From Podarcis vaucheri (taxonomy: Eukaryota), in NCBI GenBank assembly GCA_965113315.1, contig OZ220363.1: a DNA stretch of 64,000 bases. One strand, given 5' to 3'. The position numbers were made by a program, and so were the translations under genes. Shown here one piece after another: positions 38,314 through 52,526 of this stretch. Every line of letters starts with the position of its first letter. The first letter of the stretch is position 1. The notes below the pieces were generated by a model. It ran no database searches. It saw only the letters and a program-made list of their open reading frames with translations, and was not told the DNA's origin.

Positions 38314-41129
38314 ATAAATAGTCATATCTGATAGCTATATTCCTTTACAGTTGCCACCCAGGTTTCTTAATAATAGGGTATAATACAGATCCAGTATATT
38401 TTAGTATTCCAGAAAGAATATTGAATAATTGATGCTACATTTGCTTGTATTATTTGCTGCTTCGATGGGGTATATATTAAAATGGGCTTAAATGAACATA
38501 GAGCTTGGATTTCCTGATAAATCTGCTAAAACAGCTTAAAATATCTCTCCTAATGGAGTCTGCTCCCCGATAATAGGCCTATTTGTCATACATTTTGATA
38601 ACCTTCCCTTTGTTAAATGTTTAGAAACTATCAATAAGGAAGTCAGAGACTGTGTTGTAACTAGGATACCTCCTTACAAGCTCCTGCTTTATCAGTAACT
38701 AGATGGTTAAACAAAATGGATGAGAACGTATTGTTTAAACACATTAGCTGAATTAAACTGTTGGGGAACAAATCCGTAGGAAAAATAGCTGACTTTCTGA
38801 ATGCAACATAGATATCTGTTGCTCATAAAATATGACAAATCCTACTAACAAGATTATTAGTTGGCTCTAGTTAACAAGTTCACTTCCATCAGCAAATACA
38901 TCACCTGTGAGCATATATATTTTACATATTAAATTATAAATAGGGGATTTAGCTGGGATGTTTCAACTTGCATCTGTTCTATGGAGTCTTTCTGTCTCAC
39001 AGAATAACAGATACAATTTTACAATGATGATTCGCCATTTCTTGACAATATAGAGAAATATTGCTGATCATGTTATGAGTGTGCAGTCATTTTCATTATT
39101 AAGCACTTTCTAAGCTAGACTTTAGGCTACCGTGTTGAACCTCTTTCATCTTGGGGGCTGCATTCCTATCTGGATAATCTTCTGAGGTCCACATCCTGGT
39201 TGTAAGCAGGTGAAAGTGAGTGGACCCACAAATGTAAATTTGACCTGTGTACCATAGTCTAGTTTCTACACATCTTTATACACTCCTCTTTTTCCTTAGG
39301 CATTACCAGAGTTTAAGCACACATTCCACCAATGCAAAAACTCACAGGGCAAATGAAGAGTGTGGTCTGGGGACAGTTTCAAGGACTAGGTAGAGGCCTG
39401 AGGTTCCCAACTCCAGCTTTAGGTCAGTTCCATATTCCATAATCTGTTATCCAGCATAACTCAGATGAAAATCAGGACATTTGTGAAACTAACTGCCTTA
39501 AACAAATAGATAGATTCCACAAGCTTTCCTGCTGCCACCCACATGACCCCTTGCAAACTTTGCATGTTCCTGCCTATGGTTTGCTCATGGTTTTGTGGTT
39601 ATGGTCGCCGCCACCACCGGGGGAGGGAAATGCACCACTTCCCCAGGAAAAGGTCCTAGAGTCCACCCTTCTTCTTTCCAAAACCTAGTAAGCGCTAACA
39701 AGGCTCTGGGAAGGAGCCCTTGTGCCTTCTTCTCAATGCTGCTACCCCAGGAGCTGCTTTTGTGGCCCCTGTCTGCTGGCTGGGAGAAATTGGGGTGCCC
39801 TGAGAGCAAGTCAGAAACTGTGGTGGCTTAACTCATTCTGTGGCCATCCTGGCCAAATTGGAATTGTTGAGGGGTATGTAATCATATTGAAATGAATGCA
39901 CTTCAGCATGTGCAACTGCTAAGCAAAGTATTTTAATTTAATTAATTGTCCAGATGTAAGCATAAGGCTTGATTCAACTAATGGGTTCTGCTAGCACAAT
40001 GGGACTTTCCCCCTTTATTCCTCCACACCCACCCCAAGTGGTTCAGGGGGTCAAGAGAACTCCCAGAACAGGGTGGGAGTGGGGAGGCAGGATCATTCCA
40101 CCAGGCAAGCAGAAATGCTTTTGCTGATAGAACAATCTTCTTAGTGCTATGTTGATTCCTACCATAGAATTTGAGAATATGATCTAAATAAGGTTTTCCT
40201 CTTGGATTTGTTTACACAGTAAATAAAGCAGAGTATGATATGCGTAAAAATAACTTATAAGTATATGAAACTGACAAAAGTGTACAAAAAGAACACTGGT
40301 TGAGAAAAATTGGGTGACTTGGTAGAGAGGTAATGTGGCTGAAACATCAAATAGAACAAAATAGAAGGCATTGTAGTAGTTTGGTGATGTGCTTTTTATG
40401 TTAATTCTATGAAACAGGTTTATGTATGGGTCCATGTTACAATAAGCTTTTCCTTCCAAAGTTGTGCTTTCTTTGTTATAAATGACATTTGAAGTAGTTC
40501 TAAGTTGGAGTACACTAATTAATGTAAAACAATGTCACGCCTCTGCCAAGCTCAGAGAAGGTCACTGGTCCAGGGCAGTTGGGGGTCCAGTTATGGTGCA
40601 CACCGACTGAAATTTAGAACAGGCAGACAGTCATCTAGAGGGTCAGGGACTTATGATCTTGTTGAATGTGGGTTGGTGGTCAGATTCCAGAGCAGCCAAT
40701 GAGAAGGAAAGGTGAGAGAAGCCTATTCAGTTTCCCACACCAACAAGTTGTTCAGACTGATCAGTCAGGCTTTTATAAGACCTGATGGGTCCAGATTGGC
40801 CTGTGAAGTCAACTACCAATACTGAAGCCTGAAGACCCACTGATGTGAGTCTTCCTGGTTTGCTGAGGAATGAGAACATGGAGGATGCAGGAGGTAAGGT
40901 GCCAGATACTGGCTGCTGTATGTGTTCGTTTAAGATAAGACACACTTACAAGCCTTACAAGCAACCTTATTGAGCATGTGTAAATATTCATATGATTAAC
41001 TTGTTCAAAGATTTCATTGTTTGGTGGAGAATTGTAATGTATCACCTTTCATTTGCAAAACTATGTTTTTAATGTTATTCCTGTTGTTAGAATGTATTTA
41101 TTAAGTCAAGTATTCTCCTTTCTCTCTAG

Positions 41130-41214
41130 TAATATGGCCGATGGTTATACCAGACTTCTTCATTCTATTCAGAAAGTCATTCATCAGCAAGGATTTGATG
41201 GCTCCACTCCCCAG
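41130..41214 (+). CDS. ELP4: ELP4 coding exon (exon 6 equivalent), 85 nt
   Basis: ctcctttctctctag| ... |gtatta; completes the TG|T Cys codon, then NMADGYTRLLHSIQKVIHQQGFDGSTPQ; phase 2 in, phase 0 out. Confidence 0.95.
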
Positions 41215-42389
41215 GTATTAAGCAACTTCATCTACAAGCATGCAAATACAATTTTCATACTGTTTGAAAGGGTGATCCAGCAGTGAACATGTGGTTTCCA
41301 AGCTATGATGAAGTAAACAGCAGCTATTTTTTAAAGTTTTTACTGGTAGACCACATGCTTTGTATTCAGAAGGGTCAGTCTCTTACTCTTCTAGTTAAAG
41401 AATCAGATACTTGGAGCTGAGCAGCAGCAGACTTGAAAACTATGGTGACCTGTGTGAGGCCAAATTTGGTGCTGCCTCCACCCGGCTTTGGGAAGGAGAT
41501 GTGAGGGCTCTGACAGGGTCCTAGAGCCCTCCCATCTCCTTCCCAAAGCTGGGAAAGCACTAAGCTTTGGGGAGGAGGTAGGTGGACTCTATGACCCTGT
41601 CAAAGCCACAGGCCTCTGTCCCTAAGCCCTGCGCCTCACCAGGCTTTGAGTCGGCGCCCAGTGCATGCATACCACTCGCATAGCCCTAAATCTGCCCATG
41701 TGCTGAGAGTGGCCTCTGCTTGAGAGTCATTGCCAGCCACAGTTGACAGTATTGGTTAGATAGGCTGATTCTGTGTAAGGCAGCTTCCTACCATGTGAGT
41801 AGCTTTGGCAAATGCAGTAATAATCCATTAATAAATGCATTTTCTATACAACTACCAAATATTAATGAAATATTACACCACTGGTGGTAAGTTACATGTG
41901 ATTACTGTAGCATAAGGTCTTTTTTAAAAGATTTTTTTTTTTGTCTTATTGTTAAAAAAACAAAATCTGAGTCTTACACCATGCCTTTGCCATGGTCTCT
42001 CATGTACACTGCTCCATATGGGAGATATTTTCTGCTGCCAGGATCCCTCCCGTGCATGAAAATCTGCATTCATGGGAGGTCTGGGAACTCTCTATATCAT
42101 CCACTAAATATTATAGACCAAAACAAAACTTCTGATCCAGAGGCCAAGATCAGAGGCATGTGCAAATGCATAAAGTGCTAATGCAGTCATGGGAAGGTGT
42201 GGTAGGGAACTAGCTTTTACTTCCTGCTGCAAAAGCCCCTCATACTAGATTGAATGCTGCTTGAAAGGCCCTTTGAATTTCTGTACATCCTGCACAGCTT
42301 ATCTTCAGGCATCTTTTTATGTAGTCTTAATTTTCAAAAGAAAACAGAATAAGTGTTATTTTATATATGCATTCTTCTACATAGAATAT

Positions 42390-42754
42390 GGGACGCGGGT
42401 GGCGCTGTGGGCTAAAGCCTCAGCGCCTAGGGCTTGCCGACCGAAAGGTCGGCGGTTCGAATCCCCGCGGCGGGGTGCGCTCCCGCTGCTCGGTCCCAGC
42501 GCCTGCCAACCTAGCAGTTCGAAAGCACCCCCGGGGGCAAGTAGATAAATAGGTACCGCTTACCAGCGGGAAGGTAAACGGCGTTCCGTGTGCGGCTCTG
42601 GCTCGCCAGAGCAGCGTTGTCACGCTGGCCACGTGACCCGGAAGTGTCTATGGACAGCGCTGGCCCCCGGCCAATAGATGTGAGATGGGCGCACAAACCC
42701 CAGAGTCTGTCAAGACTGGCCCGTTCGGGCAGGGGTACCTTTACCTTTACCTTT
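42390..42754 (+). mobile_element. Sauria SINE (young)
   Basis: Nearly identical to the 19805 copy; (ACCTTT)3 tail; TSD acatagaatat. Confidence 0.93.
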
Positions 42755-43679
42755 ACATAGAATATATCAATTACCAGAATATAAGCTTTAGGATATTATT
42801 TAATTTATGATTGTTTAATATCCACCATTACCTACAAAATGTATTAAAGTTTATTCTAGCAAGTACCATAAAGTTATGTGCAGAGTTAATTCTGTTATTT
42901 TATTCTGTCCAAAATCAAAGCACTAATGCACTACTCTTGGGAGTTTATTCTCTGGTTAACTTGTCTCTTTAAATATGGATTCTATTTAATGCTTCTGCAT
43001 TCTAGCGTAATTTTTATTAATGTTTATCAAGCAGAATTCTCCCGGTTGTTTTAGTTTTCAGTCTGTACTGAGCATAATGTGCAAGTATGTTTTCCCTTTA
43101 GTAGTTAGCAGTGTCCTTCTGGAGAAGTAAATTGGTCCCTGACAGGCACCTCTGCTTTGGTTACCATAGCAACAGGCATGTCATAACAGTTCCCCTAGTA
43201 CAGTTTGTTGAGCTGCTCCTCCAACATGATGACAGGTCCTTTGGAAGAAGGAAATTGTAGAATATCGGAAGCAACAGCACCAAAGTGACATAAAAACCCT
43301 GGGAGCAGACAGCAAATAACCTGCTACTGGGAAAGAGTTTAATAATAAAAAATGTGTAGACACTGGGTGAGGGATAAAAATAGTACTAAGGTATGTCCCC
43401 AATGCTTTTTTAATAACCCAGAACTCACAACTGGATAAAGCCATTTTTAAGACATGAAGAATTGTTTTCTTCTTTTATAAAAAAAACAACACCACAGCAA
43501 GAGGAGCCAAACACTTCGTTTCTAGTAACTATTCTGTTTCATGATTTAAAATATTTAAATCCCACCTTTTTAAAGTTGTGCTCAAGAGTGCTAACAACAG
43601 TAAATGAAAATTATATTAAGAATTGTAACAGTAGAACACTAAAAGCAGCAGAAAAACATTAAAACATCAGAAGTGGTGT

Positions 43680-45130
43680 TTGTGTGTATAAAAAAGACAG
43701 ACAAATATTAAAGATTCCATGCGAAGGTGGCCCCTCATGGCCCAAAAGCTTTCCTGAAAAGGAAGCTTTTTAACCACCAAGTTGAAGGCCATTGAAGAGA
43801 GGGCAAGACAGGGCTCTGAAGAGGGGGATCTCAAGAGCCTGGTTGCAACCATTGAAAAGGATCTCTTTCTGGATTCAACTAAGCATACGTCTAGGATGCT
43901 GGGTTGCTGCAGGCTCTTAATCTGCCCCTCTTAATCTGTTCGAGGAGCTCTTCGAACATTCATCTTTAGTGGATGACCTCATTTTCAGTATTATGAGAAG
44001 AGAAGATTCTCTCTATCCACTTCCTTCACACCATGCTTAATTTTATACGCCTATATCAATCACATCCTTACCACACCCCCATTTGCCTTTCTGTATAAAC
44101 TAAAAAGCCCAAAACCTTTCCTCATAGGGGAGTTGACCCAGCTAAACAATCATATTGGTTGCAGGTAATGAGAGGCTTTATGCACCAGAGTCAGTGCCTT
44201 AAATTGGGTTCAGTAGCAAATAGGCAGCCAGTACAAAACGTTAAGGATTGGTGATAAATGATCCACTTTGCAGTGCCAATTAGTAACCAGGCTGCTGCAT
44301 TCTGCACCAGCTGCAGCTCCCAGATGTTCTTCATGGCAGTCCCATGTAGAGTGCATTGAAGTAGTCTTAATGACAGCTTACCAAAGCATGTGCAGTTTAT
44401 AGCTAGGCCCTCTCAATCCAGGAAGCACTAGGCTTAGACACTCCTTGCCACTGAAGCTACCTGAACTTGAAGTGACAGTGGCTCTAAGAGCACCTCCCCC
44501 CTCCCCCTAAGCAGTGGCACTTCTCTTTCTGAGGGTGTGGCGATTTATCCCAAACAATCTAACTTCTGAAACCCTGAATCATGGAATTGCTCACCCACAG
44601 TATTCTGTCTTACTGGGATTCAGACTCAGATTTTTGGCCCTCTTCTATTCTGTGACTCCTTCCAGACACTGCCCCAACACCCTCTCCTGATTCAGATGGT
44701 AGAGCTGTGTATTATGCCCATACTGATTACCTTGTGCTCCAGATCCCTGGATGGCAGCTCCATAGAGTTGTTTTTTTTAAAAAAAAAAATCCAGACCAGA
44801 TGAAATCCTACAGAATCCTGCCACCCAAATGTCAAAGGCTGAGCATAAGTTTCCAATTCTACTTTCCTCTCTGGTCGATAAGAGTGAAACCACCATATTC
44901 TAATGCTCTTAACCCATAAAACCATTCCAGGAAGACGTTGCAGTCAGTGCTTTCAAAATCTGCAGAGAGATTAAGGAGGACCAACAACGTAATCCATCAG
45001 GGTGACCAAGGTTGTTTCAATGCTTAATCAATGCTGGAAACCAGCTTGAAATGAGTCTACATAACCACATTCATCCAGACAAGCTTGAAGCTGAGCACCA
45101 CCTCAATCAAGTGATGGTCTCACTCAATAC
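43680..45130 (-). mobile_element. degenerate L2 LINE with an embedded CR1 fragment (about 43990-44140)
   Basis: Reverse complement resembles the L2 RT/C-terminus (aggcagccagtaca, ctgcattctgcaccagctgcagct, gcattgaagtagtc). Confidence 0.6.
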
Positions 45131-45443
45131 ACCTTGCTCATTCTGTTCCCTAGACTGAAAAAACCCTCTCAAAAGAAATGAGAGACTTTAATAATCATAT
45201 AGACGCTTTCTGAGACATCCTCAGATTTTAGCACAGGGGGAGTTGTGGGACAGCTTAGGGGGAAAGCCTGTGAGTGGCAGTGCATTTTGCTCTTGGATTT
45301 CCCTATAAACCCACCTATTCCTTTCTCTCATTTCCACCTCATCCCCCTGCTCCCCGATCCCAACAAGGATATTCTAGAGTTTATTTCTTTCCTTTCAATG
45401 TTTCAAATGTTGCTGAATATGTTACCTTTTTTATATTTGACAG

Positions 45444-45632
45444 AAGAAGCAAAGAAACATTTTGAGGATTGGAATTCAGAGCGTTGGTTCAGTACTATGG
45501 GGTGATGACATTTGTAGCACTGAAAATCCACAAAATATTCATAGTCTCACAAAATTTATGTATGCTCTCCGTGGTCTCCTTAGAACATCTTTGTCTGCCT
45601 GCATTATTACTATTCCAGCTCATCTGATCCAG
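45444..45632 (+). CDS. ELP4: ELP4 coding exon (exon 7 equivalent), 189 nt
   Basis: atttgacag| ... |gtaggc; encodes [63 protein letters not shown], very similar to human ELP4; phase 0/0. Confidence 0.97.
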
Positions 45633-46217
45633 GTAGGCTTATTCTAAGTGCATCTTAATTGTGGTGGATACATAAAGAAAAGCACCGTCAAGCTATTTTG
45701 AATTATTTTTAGAAGACTTCTATGCTGCTTTTTTTTTGACAATCACTTAAATAGATACTTAATGATCAGAATATGCCAAAGTGGTGATATTGAATTGCTA
45801 AAGTCCACCTTATATTAGCTGTATTTTTTCAGTAGCAAATATAGTGTTAAATTATTATCATTATTTTATTTAATATAACTCAATTTAATGATGTAATTTA
45901 AAGTTGTGCTAGGCCATCATAGTCTTATGAGAAAGTGTGATAAATGGGGAAATGGGGTGTTAAGGCTAGTCATTTTTGAAGGGAAAGTTACACTTAACAA
46001 ACTATTGCAAGCTCGTTCCCATATGTATGGTCAGAGGTTAGAATAGAAAAGGAGAATGTGCAAGTTAAATTAAATTGAAACAGTACAGCATGATGACATA
46101 TGTTCAAGGATCCTGAAGATGTTTGCTGGGCGAATCGCACATTGATTAGATATTACTTGGAAGAATTAATAGAGCACTGGAATGGTCACAAAAGATGAAG
46201 GGAGAGCAAATATAGTG

Positions 46218-46810
46218 CCCTCATTTGCATGTAACACTAAGCCAGAACATGACTTTGTGAGAACAGGCAAACATGCTTTTCCACCTCCCCACTAATTCCT
46301 GCTATACTGCACTGAACTAAGCAGTGGTTTTGCTTAGCATGTCATTGGAATATGGGCTCATGATACAGTGGTACCTCGGGTTATAGATGCTTCAGGTTAC
46401 AGACTCCGCTAACCCAGAAATAGTACCTTGGGTTAAGAACTTTTCCTCAGGATGAGAACAGGAATCGTGTGGCGGCAGCAGAAGGCCCCACTAGCTAAAG
46501 TGGTGCTTCAGGTTAAGAACAGTTTCAGGTTAAGAACGGACCCCCGGAACAAATTAAGTTCTTAACCCGAGATACCATTGTATGGCTGTTCTCCAGACAA
46601 ACCACAAGCTGTAAACCATAGGACAAGCCTTGGTTCAGCTTATGATGTTTCTAGAGAGCTAAACCACAAGCCCATGTTCATATGACACACTAAGCCAAAC
46701 CACTGCTTAGCTCAGTACAGCAGTAAAACAATTGAGAAGGAGCAAAGAGTGCTTGCATGTAAGCTTGTCCATACTAAACCATGATTTAGCATAGCATTAT
46801 GTGTGAAGCA
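46218..46810. mobile_element. old palindromic MITE hosting a family A MITE
   Basis: Repeated and inverted acactaagcc / ttagc arms; related element at 62471-62642. Confidence 0.5.
46366..46580. mobile_element. Tc1/mariner-type MITE, family A
   Basis: cagtggtacctcgggtta TIR, TA TSD. Confidence 0.88.
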
Positions 46811-47833
46811 CAATAGACAAGGAATTTCAAATTTTATGCTTGATTTCTGAATTAGGGAACTATTGGAGCAAATACTAAGTGTATATTAGCACTTTTAATT
46901 TCTGAAATAGTGACAAGCAGCCTATATGGTTTCATAAAGAAAAATATTTCAAGGCCAGTCTAATACTTTATTTGATAAAATTAGTTACATAGAGATAAGG
47001 TGAACAACCGTGGATATTTTAGGTTTAAAGTTAAATAGGGCTTTGACCTAGTTGCATTTAAACTTCGCAGGGCATTACAGATGGAGAGAAGGTATTTAAT
47101 CCTGAGGTACCCATTCACATAGCATGTTTCTGACTGTTTCCCAACTGATCTTGCTAGTGGATTTTGAATAGCCCTAGACAGAATATTTTTATTTATTTTT
47201 GAAATGTATATCACACCAGTATGACTTCAGAGCCCTTGAGCACTTTTTGTATTGCATTGCCCCGAAATTAAAACAATTGGTTCTGTTGCAAATTTGGTCT
47301 CTTTGTAATGGATAGTTAAGAGATATGTAGCATACATTGTAACAGCCATTCTACCTAAAACAAATACATTTTGGGTTGGCTAAGGATGAATATTCAAGTT
47401 TTGTACTTATAGGACTTGATTCAGTTGAGAACGGGAGCAGCGTGTGTACATAGGAATCCCATAAGGAACTAATTCAGCCTTGTTTTCCTTCTCCCCTGCT
47501 AATATGAGCACATAAAAGTGGTCTGGAAGGCAGCACTGCAAGGAATTGGGAGGTCCATGCATGACTCCTCCATTCCTGTTGAATCCCTATTTCTGCATCA
47601 TTCAAGTTACTCCTGAAGTGAGCATAAGTCATTCACATGTTGTAAGGGGCAAGATGGAGAGATTGGATGTGCACAGAAAACTCCCTTCCCTGCAGTGGCC
47701 CCTTGGCTCTGCTTGTGGTGCACCTGAGTCCTTGAGCTGGCAGAAGATGGGAAAAACAAGGCTCTATAGACTATGTTCCCACATTCAATTAGTTGAAGCC
47801 CACGGTTTTCAGTTGCAACTATTAATATTGGTA

Positions 47834-48052
47834 CAGTATTCACTTCAGGTTACATACGCTTCAGGTTACAGACTCCACTAACCCAGAAATAATACCTCGG
47901 GTTAAGAACTTTGCTTCAGGATGAGAACAGAAATCGTGCTCTGGCGGCAGCAGGAGGCCCCATTAGCTAAAGTGGTGCTTCAGGTTAAGAACAGTTTCAG
48001 GTTAAGTACGGACCTCCGTAACGAATTAAGTACTTAACCCGAGGTACCACTG
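47834..48052. mobile_element. Tc1/mariner-type MITE, family A
   Basis: Right TIR taacccgaggtaccactg, left TIR eroded, TA TSD. Confidence 0.85.
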
Positions 48053-51000
48053 TATTAACAAATATGAAAGACTACACACATTCATAATCTAAGTAATAGA
48101 ACTTTAATATTGGTATGGACAAATAGTAAAGACTTCATGCATTATTAAGTAAAATAACTTTATAATAGCAAAGAATGCTGCATTTCCAATTGCTAGCAGC
48201 TGATTTATTCTCCTACTTAAATATTTGGTTTCCCCTCCAAACACACACACTTTCCCCAGCATTTTGCAGATTTAATATTAAAACCCTGTGTGTCACCTTT
48301 GACTAGGCTTAGTGAAGAAATGTGTTGTATTAATTTTTATGTATTTGCCACAGTAGTAACATTAAATGTAGCTAGCAATGGTTAAACTTCAAGCATCCTC
48401 TTTCCATTAAGCAGTAGCTTAACAGAATGCTTAAACTGTAGAGCAAACTGTCATCAGGAGGAGCAAAGCGGCTGAGGTTTTCCTATATCCCACATTACTC
48501 AGTTCCCAGAGCCCTGCTGTGTAGTTGTTCCAGTCTCCAAGAAGCCTGTTAAAGAGCCCCCAAGAGCATGTGTCCAGCCCTCCATGTTAATAGTTAATTG
48601 GTGAGGATGGCAAGATGAGAGGACAGCCGAACATGTGGTCTCTCAGTCTCAAGCACTAGACAGACTTTTTAGTTCTAATAACAGCAGCTGCTCACATTCT
48701 CACTACTGAGCTTCTCACAACTCTGTTGCTGGGATTTGTGAGTGGATTAAAAAAACGTAAGGGAAAGATCTTTGTCTAAAAGACAAAAGTTTTCCTTGTT
48801 TCACCTTTGCATAAAAGAGATTCATGTGCAGTTCTATATGTCTATTTATTCAATATTTCCAGTAGAATTAGCTTATTTATTTAATGTATTTATATCTTGG
48901 TTTTCAAGAGCACCCCTTACAAGGCAGCTTACAAAGAAAAATTTAAAACAATAAAACGTCTCCTTTTTTTAAAGCATGTTTAAGAGAAAAACCACTCAAG
49001 GTGTATATAATGCACACAATTGTTTAGCAAATGTAACACAAATGTAGTTATTATTTAATAAATTAACACAATAACTTTTCTCCTATAGCCTTTAGATTAA
49101 ATAACCATTTATGTTCTGTGTAGTTTCCATGGGAGTTTATTGCATTGGGCAGGAACTGTCAGAAAAATTGGGTTGTTAAAGACTGGGGAAACGACAAAAT
49201 TGGTTTCCTAAATTGCTTTATTGCGAGCTGAATCAAAACTTACCACCATAGAGGCCAATAATACAATATATTCTCCAGGAATGTGAATTGGAAGATAACC
49301 CTTTATAGTGCTTCTATTTGCTGTGATCACTGAACAGTCTAAAAGGTCTAGTCAGAGTGATAGACATCTGTAAGGTCCCTGAGCATTTTGTTGCTATTTG
49401 TGTTTGAATATCTTTATCATCTGTGTCTTGCAGTAGAATAACATCAAACTCTACAAAGGGAAGATGTATAGGCTTGGATCTAAAGATTGGATGAATGGAA
49501 CTCACTTATGCCACAGCCCTCAAAAGCCTCTCCTGAGGGTTGAGAAAGCTCTTGAGAAAGACCTGGGATGTGGCCCTGGGTTCTGCAGTGGAAGGAGTAA
49601 TTGGAGAAAAACAGGCAGAGTTCTGCCTGTGCAAGCTGTCTCTCTCCAAATATCTCCAATTTCCCTTCCCTATTGTCATATTCCAACTCTCTCAAAAGTA
49701 GCTTTTTAAGGAGCACAGGCTGTTGCAAGTTGGGGGCAGGAAAGCCCCATGGTGCGTGAGCAGTTACAATTTGCTTTTCTGCAGGGTAGTAAATAGTGAT
49801 TGGAACTATATCTGCTTGGGGGAGAAACTATACTATTTAGTCCTGCAACAAACAGTACAAATTGCTAATTTGTTTAGTTTTGTTGTAGGATCCAACTAGT
49901 TAAAGTGAACCTGTTTCATAAGCGGATAGAATTATTACTCAGCATATACCAAGGGAAACTGATAAACGAAAAGTCAGTAGGAATAAGCCTTGTTATATTC
50001 CTCAAGGATTCAGTGAGGTACTGTTTAGTGTGGTGTTTTCATTATTTCATATGATATGTTTAAAAATGTAGATGGTGAATTATTTATATCTTGCTTCTTT
50101 GAATTCACTGAAGTGAGTACATGTTACATTATGTTTCTCAGTAGAAAGAAAACCAGAAACAAACCTCTTCACATCTATAGACTTTTGTGTTCATGCTGGG
50201 TATTATTGCCTCTAAAGTCTCTTTCAAATCAATTAGAATATTTTAGAACTTATGTTTTGATTATCAAATAGAGCAGGCTATGTGCTTATATATTTTTCTG
50301 TGCTGTTTTATCCTTTAAGCATTTTTATTCTTGGAGGTAAAGAATACCATATAGAACTAATATTTTTTATTCTCTCTATTTTTAAAAATTAAATTTATTT
50401 AAGATTTCTCATGATTTCCCATCTTATAGTCTCTGTACTACACCAGGAAAATGTGTTTGGTGCTCTTCTAGAGGAAAAATATAGAAATTAGTTTTCATGG
50501 TACTAAGACTAGATTTGTGCTACTTTATTTTCTAAATGTAAACAAAATAGAACATTTTGATGACTGCACATGGAGTTATAGAAGGTCATAGAATTGTGGT
50601 ATCATGTTTGCCAGGTTGATAGTAATTATGTAGTAAACCATTTTTTGCTTAAAAAAATATATTCTCAATATTTCAACCATGTACAAAAAAGTAACTTGTC
50701 CTGGACAAGTCACATACCCTCGACCTAATCATCTTTAGCAGGTGTAACAATGAGCATCTCCTAACCACAGCGCTTTCACAAGCAAGTTTCTCCTCCTTTT
50801 CCTTAGTTGCCTGTGAGTATGATTAAGTATTACATCTGTACTGGCACTGTACTTCTTAACATGGTTTTGATATCAGACTTCAAAGCTGATTTCCCATCTT
50901 GGTTAAAGGGATCCCTAGTTTTCCTTGCCAACAGTTAACAGTAGTCAGGACCAACCGAGATTCACTCTAGAGAGGAGAGAAGCTAGAGGGCATAAAACGT

Positions 51001-52526
51001 TTTGCCATCTCCCAGTTTCATAGCTGCAGTTACCATGTTCCTCCCAACTATTACCTCTACGCCAGTCCACAGGAAGAGTTTTATGAAACTAAAACAGTGT
51101 TTATCTGAGTTCCTTAGTGGAAGCTGTAATAAATCATTAACTTATTTGTAAAATTTCACACATGTTATTTAAGAAGATAAACTATACTAAGCAACAAAAA
51201 TAGCATTGGATTTTTGAGCAGAAGGAAGCTTCACACAAGGGAATTCCCTGCCCCAACTCTACTGCAGTCCCTTGTACCACCTACCCTGTAAAAACCTCTC
51301 CTCAGGGTGGGGAAATCTTTGACAGTTGCTTGAGATGGGGCATAGAAGCTTCTGGGTGAAAGAAAAATCACCCAAAATTGGGTGGATGGCATGTTCCACA
51401 AATTCTGTCACCTATGGAAGATTCCTTGTACTTCATTTTGATCCCCCTCCCCACTGTATTACTATCTGATCTTGGTGATAAGACTGAGGGTGGTGGGGAC
51501 ATTTTGACAGTTCTTAAATACTTTTTAAAATTAACTTTGACATTCAGCAGTAGATTAACAGTGTAATCCTAAACATGTCTACTCAAAAGTATTGAGTATT
51601 GAATTCAGTGGGACTTACTTCCAGAATTGCAGTCTAAATTGTCTCAAGAAGATTGCAATCTTCTTTCCTAGGGTCTTTCAAGAAAACATATTTTTGAAGG
51701 ACAGCCTTAGAGCTATATAGTCTCTTTAAAAAAATGTAGATTGAAGTATATGATTCACTGGGTACACTTCAGTTGTGTGGTTCTGAGATTAGCAACAACA
51801 AAACCGAGTTACAGAACAAATGTGTTTGTCTAATCTGAAATAAATTGTAGGGTTCTATAAAATAACTTGGTCTTGTTTAACTGAGAGTCAAGATTTCAGA
51901 ATGAAAACTGCAGCATTGATTGAGATTGTTAGATGTTCTCACAGTATGGTGAGTACTCATCTGTTTAGGCATATGGAGTATTTTGGCTGCTGAGCTAGAT
52001 AGTTAATATAATGTCTAGCATCCAAGTATGGACACAACTGTTACAAAGGCAGAAGGCAGGGAACTCATGTATAGAGCTTATTTAGACAGTTCTGAGAAAA
52101 GGAAAAAGTCTAGTAAGAATAATTAGGATTTGATTATCTGTATTTGGAAAATGAAAGTTTGGTAATGTTTATATTTCTTGAATGTTTTGTGTTATTTATA
52201 AATAAGGTGATGCACTTTTGAAAACCACTGAAGAGTGTTTGCTGCTCAAATGCAGCTTTTTCCAAATAGAACAAATAAACATGATTTTAACATTTAATGT
52301 ATAGTCAAATTTCTGCAAAATACTTTTATAAAGTACAGACTATTGCCTTATTTTCTTAACACCTACCTGCTTATCTCTGTCTTTTAGGTCTGTTCTATTA
52401 ATTACATGATAATTATGATATAAAGGAATGTTGCATCTTTAATGATGTTTTTGTGCCCTGTGTAGTTAAGCTTTAATGCTAGGGGGAGGGAGGGAGATTA
52501 AATTAGCCTTCTAACCTCTTTCTGTT

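Noticed and set aside
1153-42754. All four Sauria SINEs are on the ELP4 sense strand
   Set aside because: With n=4, all sharing one orientation has probability 1 in 8 by chance; not significant
52225-52260. CTGAAGA...AAA hammerhead-like core (also CTGATGA at about 20997, 34820, 53507)
   Set aside because: No proper stem II followed by GAAA and no closing stems
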